Part shown: positions 41,699-54,559 of the stretch, piece after piece
Position numbering within the stretch: position 1 is the stretch's first letter
Layout: each line of letters starts with the position of its first letter
Assembly: GCA_051294375.1 (NCBI GenBank)
Contig: JBJCIZ010000028.1
Location: 1,839,053 to 1,903,052 of the forward strand
Origin: Paraspadella gotoi
Lineage: Eukaryota > Animalia > Chaetognatha
Reading direction: 5' to 3'
Length of the DNA stretch: 64,000 bases
Notes under the pieces: model-generated
What the model saw: only the letters and a program-made list of their open reading frames with translations
What the model was told of the DNA's origin: nothing
The model's database searches: none
Program-made: the position numbers and the translations under genes

Positions 41699-43796
41699 TC
41701 TCTCTTCTCTTTCTCTCTTCTCTCTCTCTCTCTCTCCCCAGAGTGCGGCTAATATTTCGTAAAAAAAACGATAGCCCATGGTTTTTGTTATCAGCGGCAT
41801 CGATTGCCGATCGCGCGTCTCAGGGGTTATATCTCAGACAAAGAGGAGAGAGAGAGAGAGGAGAGAGGAGAGATTGAGAGAAGAGCGGAGAGACAGATAT
41901 TTTATAATGGACGACAGATAAGGTTTTTCCTTTGCAGTCGTTAATTGAGACGAATAAGTGTTATTCTCTCTCTTCTCTCTCTCTCATCTCTCTCTCTCTC
42001 TCTTTCTCTCCTCTCTCTCTCCTCAGATGTACAGTCAATTTCCCGAATAATTCGCATTATATTTTTGCTTCGGGACAGTTACAGGACGTCAAACGCCTAT
42101 TTCGTCAACAAACGCGATCTAGTCTTTTTTTTTTTAATTTAAATTTGTGACGATTTTTGTAAAAAATGTCATTTAAAAAACGCGCATTTCTTATAGTTAT
42201 CGTGGAATGTAGAATATGTGACAATCTAAATGTCTTAAAAAATGTTCATTAAAAACGCTTTATAGTAGTAATCGTCCGAGAATGACGCGATGATATTTTT
42301 TAGCGCCTATGGATGAGTCGTTATGCGCGTGTATGAGTATAACTTGATTGCAATACCCTCGAAAAATTAGTACATCTCGATTCAAAATTTAGTTAGATTC
42401 AAAATAACAACCAGAAATAAAAGATTGGTGGAGCAACCCCTATTTATAGTGCTATTAAATTGATAGACATTCAAAAAGACATTGATAAACATTTTCTTTA
42501 TAATAAACATACTAATAATTAACTTCTATAAAATTAATTTAATAAGTGACGTAGACAAATATTCCGTGCTAATAATACTTGTTTTGTATTACTCTCTCTT
42601 TTCTTCTTTTTTAATCTAGCCCACTATTCATTAAATTAAAAACGATCGATTTATATGATGAAAAAACAACTGCTATTACGAGACAAAAAAAAAACCAATT
42701 TTTTTTTCAATTTCGGTGCAAAAAAGGTAACAAAGATTTCGTTCGTCTGCTCTCGTCTTGAAGCGAAGATGGAAAGGAAAGCCCCGCGAATCAACGCAGC
42801 ACGAGACAGAGAGATAGCAGCACGAGACGAGAGAGACGTAGAGAGCACGACGAGAGAGACGAGATCAGACCGAGCAGAGACGACGAGAGACGAGAGAGAT
42901 AAATTCCAAGATTAAGTTAATGGTTAAGACCAAAATGTTGTTCGGGAAATCACCATCATGGATTAACGGTTGCAATGAAAACCGCATATTTATGTTTTTC
43001 GATTTTTTTAAAGTTTTTTTTCTTTTTTCGAAATAAACTTCTTATTTTTTTTTATATGAGTGTGTAAGTTTTTGATGTTTTTAAAAAGATCTTAGCGTAC
43101 AAATTAACGTGTTTGTTTATTTATTTATCGTTTTAATCAATGACTTTTGTTTTAAACTTTAAAAAAGAGGAAAACAGGAAGCGATATTGTACTGAGATAC
43201 ATTTTCCGTCGATTTATTAATTTTCGTTGGTGTAAACCTTTCTCCTCCTCCTCATCCTCCTCCAACTCCTCATTTTCTCCTCTTCCCCTCCTATCTCTTT
43301 TTCCCCTCCTCCCCCTCTTCCCCTTCCCCTTTCCTCCTCCTCTTCTCCTCTCCCTCCTCGTCTTCTTAGTCCTCTCCCCCTCCTATTTTCTTCTTTTCCT
43401 CCTCCTTGTCTTTCTCCTTCCCCTCTTCCTCCTCCCACTCCTTTATCTCCTTCTCTTCTTCCTCTTTCCTCCTCTTTCTCATCTTCATCCCTCCTCCTCC
43501 TTCTCTTCTTCTCCCTTCCCTTTTCCTCTTTTCTCCTCTTCCTCCTCCTATTTCTTCTCTTCCTCCTCCTCCTCCTCATCTCCCTTCTCCTTCGCCTCTT
43601 CTCCTCTCCTGCCTCTCCTTCTCCCTCCTCTTTTCCTTCTCCTCTTCCCCTCCCACTCCTTTTCTTCCTTCTCTTCCTTCCTCATCCTTTCCTCCCTCCC
43701 CTCTTTCTCAAAAGTCACTGATGAAAGGAAAACATTGGATAATTTCTTCTTTTAAACAAAAACTGGAATTTGGAGATGTCATTTCACGCCGACTTC

Positions 43797-43890
<94 letters not shown>

Positions 43891-45627
43891 AAGAACAAGC
43901 TGGTTTTGTTTCTTAAATTATTTCTTCGTTTTTTTTTAAACTTACGATTTTTAATGTTTTTATTTTATTTCTCAAACTTCAGTTGTTCCTTTGTTTCTCG
44001 AGATTAGCTTACTTGTAGTAAAACTTGGGTAGATCAAATAGTGAAGAAATTAAGCTAATGTAGAATAGTTTGAAATGGAATAAGAAAAACTCAAATTGGA
44101 AAATAAAATTGGATCAGAAAATGTAATCTTGATCGATTCTCCTCTCCTGGCTTTTCTGTATTTTCTTCCGATTGACCGATCATAGATAGGGTGTCTGTCT
44201 GTCTGTCTGTCTTTCTTTTCTTTTCTTTCTTCTTTCTTTTTCTTTCTTTCTTTCTTCTTTCTTTCTTCTTCTCTTCTTGTTTTTCTTTCTGTCTTTCTTT
44301 TTTATTTCTCTTCTTTTTTTACTTTTTTCTCTATTTTAATTATTTTTCTTTCAGATGTTTCTGTAAACTTTTTTATCAATTTAAAAAGATGTCTAAATAT
44401 TATAAATATGAGATGAATTTCCCCTACCACCAACTATCAATTGGTAATGAACTTCTAATATTATTTGCATATTGCAGTAATAAAATTCAACTACTTTCAT
44501 TTAGATTGTGACTTAAAACGCTTGACCAAGCAGAGTCACTAATAGCCTATCATCTAAAAAAACGTTCAATGGTGATGTTATGGTCAATTAGTCATTCACT
44601 TTTTATTCTCCTGAATCGAAAAAGTTTCAAACATCAATTAACCAACGGCTACTTTTTAAAATTTGAAAATATAGTATATTAACATGACCGACAAATAGAC
44701 CGGAAAATTAGCATCTCTAAAGGGTCAAATATTCAATAAAACCCATGCCCCGATTCAAAAGGACACTTGGTGTTCATCCATGTCCCAGCTTCAACATCAT
44801 ATTCTTCCTTTTCTTTCGACCATCTTTCTTTCCTTTCCTCTTTTCCTCTTCCTTCTTTCTATCCCTCCTTCTCTATTCCCTTCTAACTTTCTATCTTCCT
44901 CACTCTCCTCTTTTCTTCGACTATCTTTCTTCCTTTCCTCTTTTCCTTCTCCTTTTTCTATCCCTCCTTATCTATTCCCTTCTATCTTTCTATCTTTCTC
45001 ACTCTCCTCCTTTCTTTCGACTATCTTTCTTTCCTTTCCTCTTTTCCTTTCTCTCTTCTTTCCTATCCCTCCTTCTCTATTCCCTTCTATCTTTCTATCT
45101 TCCTCACTCCCCCTTTTCTTTCGACTATTCTTTCTTTCTTTTCCTTTTTCCTTCTCTCCTTCTTTCTATCCCTCCTTATCTATTCCCCCTTTCTATCTTT
45201 CTCACTTCCTCCTTTTCTTTCGACTATCTTTCTCTTCCTTTCCTCTTTTCCTTCTCTCTTCTTTCTATCCCTCCTTCTCTATTCCCTTCTATCTTTCTAT
45301 CTTTACTCACNNNNNNNNNNNNNNNNNNNNNNNNNATCGGTCAATCGGAAGAAAATACAGAAAAGCCAGGAGAGGAGAATCGATCAAGATTCATTTTCTG
45401 ATCCAATTTTATTTTCCAATTTGAGTTTTTCTTATTCCATTTCAACTATTCTACATTAGCTTAATTTCTTCACTATTTGATCTCCCAAGTTTTACTACAA
45501 GTAAGCTAATCTCGAGAAACAAAGGAACAACTGAAGTTTGAGAAAAATAAAATAAAAACATTAAAAAATCGTAAGTTTAAAAAAAAACGGAAGAAATAAT
45601 TTAAGAAACAAAACCAGCTTTGTTCTT

Positions 45628-45668
<41 letters not shown>

Positions 45669-48146
45669 CTCATATAGTTATTCGTCTTCCTCGTATAACA
45701 TTAGAACTCACTGGAGAGGACGTCGATGCCGTTGAATTTCTATGCTGATCGATAAGTGTCTGCTGCTGGAAGAATTTCTCATGCTTTTCAAACATGAGAC
45801 GGTCTGTAAATATTATCTAAAGACATAATGTTCTTCTTTTAGCTTTAATCATTCTAATCATGGATTATCTGCGGAGCCTATAGGATTCAAGATTGAAACT
45901 ATTGAAACTAAAACGATTTTTCATAAATGGGAGAGTAAGGCAACTAATTTAAAGATTAAATTGCTCGTGCAGAATCGTATCACGTTTAGTTTTTTAGATA
46001 TACTAAAGCTTAGGAAAAAAAAAAAACAGGCCAGCCACACGCATATATTTTAAAACTTTTTTTTCATTTTCTCTTACTATTTTTTTCTAGCTTGAGACCT
46101 TCTGCTCTTTTTCCTCTGCTTCTCTCCCTTTCTCCCAGCTTTTCTGTCCTCCTCATATTTTCTCTGTGTCAATCCGCTTCTTTTCTTCATTACCTTTTAC
46201 TTTCCCTTCCTCTCTTAATATACTGCTTTACTCTCCCTGCTCTTGGATTTCTCTTTCTATCCCTCTTTCTTATATTCTTTCGCTTCTTCTCTAATTGTGT
46301 TTACGTTACGGGTCCCCCCTTCTCCCCAGTTTATACTTCAATTTCTTTCCACTCTTTCCTTCTCTCTCACTGCACAACTTTTTTCCGACATCATGCCTCT
46401 CTCCTGTCTACTTGTTAATCTGTTTTTCTCTATTCTCATGTCATCATTTTTTGCAGTTTATATCCGATACTGATGTATAAAATATCTTGAAAATGCTATT
46501 CGTAAGACCAAATGGAATGAGCTCTTCTCATCCTGGGCGCACCGCCTCAAAGACGGCTTCAGCTGGAAGATGGCGGGGTTTCCAGAGCCAACTGCCAAGC
46601 AGGCAAGAAGGGACCAGGCCTCAGCCTCAGCAGGGGAACGAGAGCAAGCTGCCAGGCATGACGAGTTCTTGGTCGACATAACGGTCCACAGTGGGTTGAT
46701 TCAATTGCCCAACTCCACATCCAGGAGACACAGTCGCAGGCAAGCCATGACCATCTCCAAATGACCAGCTCCAATCTGCCACTGAGGACCCTCAACTAGA
46801 TGGCCCTTTAGAAGGGGCGGAGGGAGCGGGGCCAGTATCACTGTTGGATAGCTTTTTCTTATCTTTCTCCTTTTCCACAAACGTCAAATTTTCCTTCGTT
46901 TTCCAATACTAGAGACTATAGAATTATTCAAACGCTTATTGTGATGTTATTAATTTATTGACTGCCTACTTTTTCATTTTAGTTGAGTTGATAAATTTTA
47001 TTTTTGAGTTATAGATTGTAGACCTAATGCTAAATGTTTTAATTTATTTTACTCTGCATTGTCTCTTTTTCTCATCTTTCCCACTTCCTTCATCCGTCCC
47101 ATGTCCTCCTCTAATTGAGCCTAAAACTTCAACTGTGATCCTCACCCTCCTATTGTTATCACGTTTCCCTCAATTCTTTTTGGAAGCTTTATCCACTCTG
47201 ATTCACGCTCTCTCTCTTCCGTCACGATCTCTAGTGTCTCTCTCTCCGCTCTCATCTGCTCAATGTATTTTGCCCAGAGGAACTATTTGCTATTCAAAAT
47301 CGTGAAGATTTGCATATCGAATAACATGACGAGATGCGAGGGNNNNNNNNNNNNNNNNNNNNNNNNNTCTCTCTCTCTCTCTCTCTCCCAGAGTCGGCGT
47401 GAAATGACATCTCTCAAATTCCAGTTTTTGTTTAAAGAAGAAATTATCCAATGTTTTCCTTTCATCAGTGACTTTTTGAGAAAGAGGGGAGGGAGGAAAG
47501 GGATGAGGAGGAAGAGAAGGAAGAAAAGGAGTGGGAGGGGGAAGAGGAGAAGGAAAAGAGGAGGGAGAAGNNNNNNNNNNNNNNNNNNNNNNNNNAAGAA
47601 GGACGTAAGAAGACAGGTAGGCTGAGAGGAAGGCACAGAGAATAGGAGGAGTGAGGGAGGAAAAAGGAGGAAAGGGGCAAGGGAAGAGGGCGGGAGGACT
47701 ATGGGGGGAAAAAAGAGATAGGAAGGGGGGAATGAGGAGTAAAATGAGCGTGAGTTGGGAGGTCGGAGAGATGAGGGGAGGAGCCAAAGAGAGTTTAAGC
47801 AAGGAAATAAGTCATCGGGAAATGTATCTGCTAGTACAATTTCGTACTCTCCTGCTTTTCCTCTTTTTAAGTTTTAAAACAAAAAAAAGTTCATTGCATT
47901 AAAACGATAAATAAATAAACAAACACGTTAATTTGTTACGCTAAGATCTTTTTTTTAACATAACACACAAACATAATAGAAGTTTAATTCGAAAAAAGAA
48001 AAAAAACTTTAAAAATCGAAAAACATAAAATATGCGCGTTCATTGCACCGTTTAATCCATGATGGTGATATTCCCAACACATTTTGGTTTAACCATTAAC
48101 TAATTCTTGAATTCTTGTTATTCTCTCTCCTTGCTCTCTTCTCTCT

Positions 48147-48198
<52 letters not shown>

Positions 48199-48843
48199 GT
48201 TTCCTTTCCATCTTCTTCAACCGAAGAATCGAACGAAATCTTTTTACTTTTTTGCTCAACGAAAATTGAAAAAAAAATTGTTTTTTTTTCTCGTAATACA
48301 TTTTTTTCAATAAATATCGATCGGTTTAATTAATGAATATGGCTAGATTAAAAAAAAAAAACCAATAATTAAAACAAGTTATTTTAGCACAATATTTGTT
48401 CTACGTTATAAATTATTTTATAGAATTAATTATATATGTTTTTAATTATAAAAAATGCTATCAATTCTTTTTTGAATGTTCATATAATTTAATCTATAAA
48501 TATTGCCCATTTTTCTTTTTAATTTCTAATATTAAATTTTATTTTAATTAACATAATTTTATCACGTACAATCATTATACGCTACACCAGTAACACTCAC
48601 TTAGCTAAAAATCAATCGCGCATTCTCGGACGATTACTACTATAATTATGACTTGTCATTTATGACATTTTTTAACAATTTCGTCAACAATTAAATTAAA
48701 AAAAAAAGACTAATCGCGTTTTGTTGACAAATAGGCGTTGACGTCTGTAACTCCGAGCAAAAATATAATCGAATTATTGCGGAAATACTGTATCTAAAGA
48801 TGAAATTGACGTGAGAGAGAGAGGAGGAGAGAGAGAGGAGAAG

Positions 48844-48904
<61 letters not shown>

Positions 48905-48989
48905 CACATCTTATTCGTCATTAACGATTCAAAGGAAAACCTTATCTTCGGTCCATTAAATATCTCCCTCTCCTTCTCTCTCTCTCTCT

Positions 48990-49033
<44 letters not shown>

Positions 49034-49340
49034 CTCTCTGTTCTGAGATTATACCCCTGAGACGCCGATCGGCCAATCGATGCCCTGATAACAAAAACCA
49101 TGGGCTATCGTTTTTTTTACGAAATATTAGCCCACTTCGGGGAAGAATGAGAGAGAGAGAGGAGAGAGGAGAGAGAGAGAGGAGAAGAGAGAGAGAGAAG
49201 AGGAGAGAGAGACGACAGAGAGAGAATAAAGAGATTTATCTAGTCAGGGGATAAAATATTCGCGCGGCGCTTACGATCGATTACGGTCGGCGATCTTTTT
49301 ACTCAATTATTTTCCGACAGAAAAAAATACTCTTTTTTTT
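41535..49340. repeat. Large inverted duplication: 41535-44180 vs reverse complement of 45336-45660 plus 47370-49340
   Basis: For example 43710-43795 = rc 47390-47475, and 43885-44180 = rc 45336-45632. The right arm carries an extra ~1.7 kb (45665-47342) and three 25-N gaps. Confidence 0.85.
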
Positions 49341-49955
49341 GTATAAATAATTTCCTTCCTTTGTCATAATTTAACTATCATTATAAATAATTAACACTAA
49401 TTTTAGGAATTTGAAGAATGGAAGGATAACTGAATGAATAAAACAGTAAGCAAATGAATGAATGAATGAGTTATTAAATAAATAAATGACTGAATTAACG
49501 AGTTAATGGATAAAAAAAAACATGATTAAACAAGTTTAAGTTTAATTAAGTTTCCCTTAAATCATTTCCCCGTGAAACTTAATCACAAATTCACAAAAAC
49601 AAAAAAATGTCCGGCGAATATTTTCTTTCACTTTCGTTTGTGACTCTTTTCTTTTTTCCAAATTTCTCGTTTGGTTCATTCACTTTCCTCTTTCTCTCGA
49701 TCGCTTTGTCATTTTCAAACGAAGTCGATTTTCCTCTCCTAAAAAAAGCGAAAGTACGAACGGACGGAGAGACGGACCGACGGACTGAGAGACGGACTGA
49801 CGGACGGAGAGACGGACCGACGCACGGAGAGACGGACTGACCGACTGGCTAATTAGAAAATATAAAAAGAAATATGAAATATTTGTTAATAATAGATAGT
49901 AATATGAATTTCTCAGAACGAACGAACGCCAAGACAGACAACGAGAAAACAAAAG

Positions 49956-50028
<73 letters not shown>

Positions 50029-50396
50029 GTCCGTTTGTCTTTAAGTTGTATCGATTTGACGGAATTTTAAGTGTCGTTCGTTAAGTGATAAGAATTTTTG
50101 AGGATGCGTACAGTACAGTACTGTACGCCGTACAGTGAAATCAAGATTAATTCGTAATACTCTTTCCATAGCATCGTCGTCGTCGTCGTCATCTTGTTTT
50201 TCATTCTTCCAACTTCAGTGCGACAAGTAATTATTATTTGAATAGTTAAAAACAATAACAATAACAAACAAAAACAAACTTTACACTTGAACATCTTCAA
50301 GATGAGCTACTTTTAATTTGTCAAGTATCTGAATGATTTTATTATTGAAAATTTTCCCTAAGACTTGTAAATTAATGAAACTTAAGCTGAAACATG

Positions 50397-50475
<79 letters not shown>

Positions 50476-51163
50476 TCTAACAGCCAAGATATTACCGCTA
50501 CTTCATCGTACGTTGTCGCGTTGTCGTCGTCGTCGTCGTCGTCGTCATCCTCTGCCAAAATCGTCCACTTCAACTTTGTTTACGTTTTAGTTGTTTACAA
50601 ATTTTCCGGAGACAAAATCTGCTAAAAAAAAATTGAATAAGAGATTTTCAGTTGTTATTTTTAAAATTTTTATAGCGAATTAATAAAAATCGAGGATTTA
50701 TAAAGTTCTTTCCGGTTTTAACGAACGAAACGGATTCGTAAAAAAAAACTGCGAACGATTCGTTTTAACGAAATTTCTATACATTACAATAAAATTGTAC
50801 AATTATTTCTTTTAACTATGATTGTTGTACAAATAATTTAGGCTAAACAATAAAATCTCCACGAGATAAGCAAATGTCCACAGTGACTTTTCCTCCTTCA
50901 CTCCAAATTCGTCCACAGTATTTTATTTTTAACTTCTGCCAATCTGCCATGGATGAAAAAAAAACTGGCATTCGTTGTCGCCAAAATGCTGGCATTTTCG
51001 ACGCCACACGACGAGAAATGATAGCGTTATAGTATTATACGACTTTAAATCGATGTCATAATTTCGACGCTCCTATGTTAGAAACCTCGTCGTTATTTAG
51101 CGTTTAAAAAAGGTGGCAAATTTTTGATTAGCGAAAGAAAAGACGGCACTTTCACGCGCCGGA

Positions 51164-52086
51164 ATGACGGCAGATTTTGCCATAAAAACGATGGCATCGC
51201 CGAGCGTTAGAAATGCGGCGTCACCTGGCATAAAAAAAGCGGCGTCCCCCTGCGTTCAAAATCCGGCGCCACTCGGCCTAAAACTCTTTTTCGGCGTCCA
51301 ATTAAACTTTCTCTGTCCAACGTTTATTTTCTTGACGGCGCTGACGTCAAAGGGCCTCGGGTAAGCAAAGCTTGATAGGGAAATTGTTAACTAAGATTTG
51401 CTTGGTAGGAATAATGATCTATTCGCATGAGGGAAAAAATTAATGTAGAATAATTGAACGGTAAAGATAAGCTGATTCGGGTTTGTAAAGTAATATAAAT
51501 ATTTCTCGATAACGAAATAAGCAACAAAAGATAACAAACTAACAAAATTGGCTATTTACATACATAAGATTGAAACATTCTTTGAAATATAATACCATTT
51601 CATTGATATGGAAGCCAAATATTCTTGGAGTGAATAAACTCGACCGTGAGAGAGTCCGGCTATGTCATTATCTTGTAAGAGTGATGGAGTCCTTTACCCA
51701 ATACGATTCTTTAATATTTTTAAAATATTATACATCATCGCCCATTTTAAAATGTTTTTTTGATTTCATCATCGATCGAAAATAGAATAAAAAGATGACG
51801 TAAAGAATTTTTGTTTTGATGTGAATCGATTTTTGTAAACAATTTTTTGTACGAAAACAATTTTAGAAGAGAAGTGGTTTTTCTTTATTGAAGCGCATAG
51901 AAATGAATGAATGACTAATGATGAATAAATGAATTGAAAAATGAATGAATGCCGGTTCTGCCGGATCTCTTTGCCGGTTCTGCCGGACCTTTATGCCGAC
52001 GAAACTCGATATCTTTCACTCGACTTTTTGCTCGCTCTCTCTCAAATTATTCTGGGCGGAGTTGGTTGAGAGAGAGAGAGAGAGAG

Positions 52087-52157
<71 letters not shown>

Positions 52158-53181
52158 GGAGAAAAAGTCGTGTTCGGGAAATTTAAGAGGTTAGAGAAAA
52201 AAAAAATTTAGTTTTTGGAAATGAGAAATGAGAGAGAGAGAGAGAGGGTCTGGTAATGAGAGAGAGACGTGTTAAGCAAATCGTTGTTCTGTGTGGAATT
52301 TAACAAATTGCTCTGTATTCCCAGAGCGCCCCAATTCTGTTATTTTATCCCGGAATTTGATTTTAACCTTAATTTTTAAATCGAAATATGAGCTTTAACT
52401 TTGAAACTAATCCTTAAGCCTATCATAATCTTAAACACTAAACCCTAATTACTAACCTAATCCCTATCCTTAATCGCTAACCTGATCCCTATCCTTGATT
52501 GCTAACCCGATCCCTATCCTTAATCGCTATCCTGATCCCTATCCCTAATCGCTAACCTTATCCCTATCATTAATTGCTAACCTGATTGCTATTCTTAATC
52601 GCTAACCTAATCCCTATCTTTAATCGCTGACCCGATCTCTATCCTTAATCGCTAACCCGATCCCTATGCTTAATCCTTAACCTAATCACTAATCTCTAAC
52701 TCAGAAAAATTCCCAGACTACCAGGCTTTATTAATAAATGTTTCAATTGTATAAAAGCTCCGCTCTCTTAAGTATTAGATAGGGAAATACTATATTGTAC
52801 TCTCCGCACTAGCGTCAAAATACAAGGATGTATACTATTATTTTTCTCCCTCTCTTTCTCTCTCTCCCTCCCTCTCTCTCTCTCTATTCCTCCCTCCCTC
52901 TCTCTCTTCCTCTCACCACTCTCTCTCCCTTCCTCTCCCCCTCTCTTTCTCTCCTCTCCCCCTCCCTCTCTCCCTCCATCCCTCTCTCCCACCCTCCCTC
53001 CCCCTCAGCTTCAACATCGACATCTCCCACCCCCTCATCCTCCGTCCTCCTTCCTCCTCCTCCTCCTCCTCCTCCTTTCGTCCTGCGTCCAACTCGGGAT
53101 TCGGCGTCGCCGTCGCGCAGAGCGGCGGAGCAGCTGCTGGGCGGAAGGAGCTGCTGGTCGGGGCGCCGTATCAGAACGGAG
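51164..53181 (+). CDS. Integrin alpha subunit, exons 1-2 (51164-51360 leader/signal; 53009-53181 first FG-GAP repeat)
   Basis: Phase-2 join ..FLCPTFIFLTALTSKGLG|FNIDISHPLIL..SNSGFGVAVAQ..ELLVGAPYQNG. This gives the FN(L/I)D mature N-terminus plus the FG and GAP motifs. Splice sites gg|GTAAGC, cccctcAG| and g|GTGAGT. Confidence 0.9.
52309..52715. mobile_element. MITE-family copy with a 24-bp internal tandem repeat (TAACCTGATCCCTATCCTTAATCGC-like)
   Basis: Starts with the family end tgctctgtattcccagagcgcccc. About 10 units at 52440-52700. Duplicated at ~58918-59330. Confidence 0.6.
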
Positions 53182-53214
53182 GTGAGTTTTGCGAGATATA
53201 TATCTAAATATATA

Positions 53215-53421
53215 TAAAAATAATTTAATGTTAATGTCATTAATAAAGAAATGAATAATTAAATGTGATGAATCAATCACGGGTTCTTAGTTCAGTTTAT
53301 AATCGGTTATACATAGATGCATAGATTGGAATAACCGATTATAAACTTAGAACCTGTGTTTGATTCATCATATTTAATTATTCATTTCTTTATTAATGAC
53401 ATTAATATTAAATTATTTTTA
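53215..53421 (+). repeat. Long near-perfect inverted repeat in integrin intron 2
   Basis: Arms 53215-53310 and 53331-53421 with a 20-nt loop. Confidence 0.85.
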
Positions 53422-53710
53422 CTATTTTTAATACCGATTATGTTCTTACTTATGTTCTTGCTTATTTATTCATTTTATATTAATGACATTAACATTAAAT
53501 TATTTTTATTATTTTTAATACCGATTATGTTCTTACTTATGTTCTTGCTTATTATTTGAGTCATGGAAAATGTGAAGTAATCTTTGAACAGTTTATGATA
53601 GTGATATTTTAACATTTAATTATTATTTTTGACTAAAAAAAATTTTTTGTTTCGGAAAAGGCAAAACGTATCAGTTTATTACCATTACCTAATACCTATA
53701 GTTAGGGCGT

Positions 53711-53804
53711 GAAGAGACAGTTATAATTGTTATGAGTTAGTGACAGAACCGTTCAATATAAGCAGTCCCTGAGCTTCGCATCAGGCTGTAACACCGTGTT
53801 ACAG
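53711..53804 (-). mobile_element. 5'-truncated copy of the tRNA-SINE
   Basis: Matches 10449-10542 (gaagagacag..gacagaaccgttcaatataagcagtccctgagcttcg..ctgtaacacc..gttacag). Confidence 0.8.
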
Positions 53805-54182
53805 AGTAGTTATACATCAGCAGATATATTACTACTATATTACTGCTTTACTACTTACAGCCTAACTTAACCCAAAAACTTAACCCAAATCACACGATAA
53901 ATCCTTCAGCTCAATCCCTCGCTTAAAAAGTTAACCGAGTTCAAAATTTATTAAAAAAAATGGGGCGTTCTGGAAAAAAAAGTGTGGCGCCCAATCTTTA
54001 TTTAATCTTGAGAGCATAAGTGAAAACTGATGCTTGGAATCCAGTTCGATGCTTGTCAACCAGTCTGGGGGGGGGAGGGCCAAACATCTCTCTCTCTATC
54101 TTGTGCCGGCTGACGACAAATGGTACACCAGAGGCGAAGAACGTTTTAAATTATAAATAAATAATTATGAATAAACAAATAA

Positions 54183-54459
54183 GGATAAGGCGCTAAGTGG
54201 GGCTGAAGAGTACTATCCGCAACTTCTTTAACCCCCTCTAGCAGCTATGGAACGGGTCCAGGGCTTGGAACCAGGCTTGAGGGTTTTCCACACCCCCAAG
54301 GCGGCTTACGGCCGTCCTCACGATTCCCGCAGGGTAGGTACCGGGGTAGGACTGAACCGGGTACCTAGTGGTCACGAGCTGATGGCTTTACTCCGTTGCT
54401 GCCGAAGAGGAACGTTAAGATATGGATAGTAATCTTTAGCCCATTTAGGTCACTTATCC
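54183..54459 (+). ncRNA. Structured RNA-like repeat: long rod stem capped by a multi-hairpin junction; possibly a retroelement UTR or SINE-like element
   Basis: Nested pairings ggataag/cttatcc, gggctgaaga/tctttagccc, tactatcc/ggatagta, cctct/agagg and gcagc/gctgc. Internal hairpins include ggcggc-ttacg-gccgtc and ggtaccgg..ccgggtacc. Confidence 0.55.
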
Positions 54460-54511
54460 AGAAATGAAATTAAAAAATCAATTCGTAAATAGCAACGAAG
54501 GAAGTAGGCAT

Positions 54512-54559
54512 GGTTTTACTCTTCTGGATGTGTGGGTTCGATTCCTACCACTGCCACCA
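54512..54559 (+). pseudogene. Retroposed 3' fragment of mature tRNA-Leu with CCA, flanked by a 19-bp TSD
   Basis: ctcttctggatgtgtgggttcgattcctaccactgcca-CCA resembles the tRNA-Leu variable arm, T-arm and acceptor 3' strand. It is flanked by caacgaaggaagtaggcat (54493-54511) and caacgaaggaagaaggcat (54560-54578). Confidence 0.8.

Noticed and set aside
54020-54145. HDV-like ribozyme upstream of the structured element (GCGAA after a stem)
   Set aside because: No convincing P3/L3 motif, and P1 is imperfect. The other copies are too degraded to support it.
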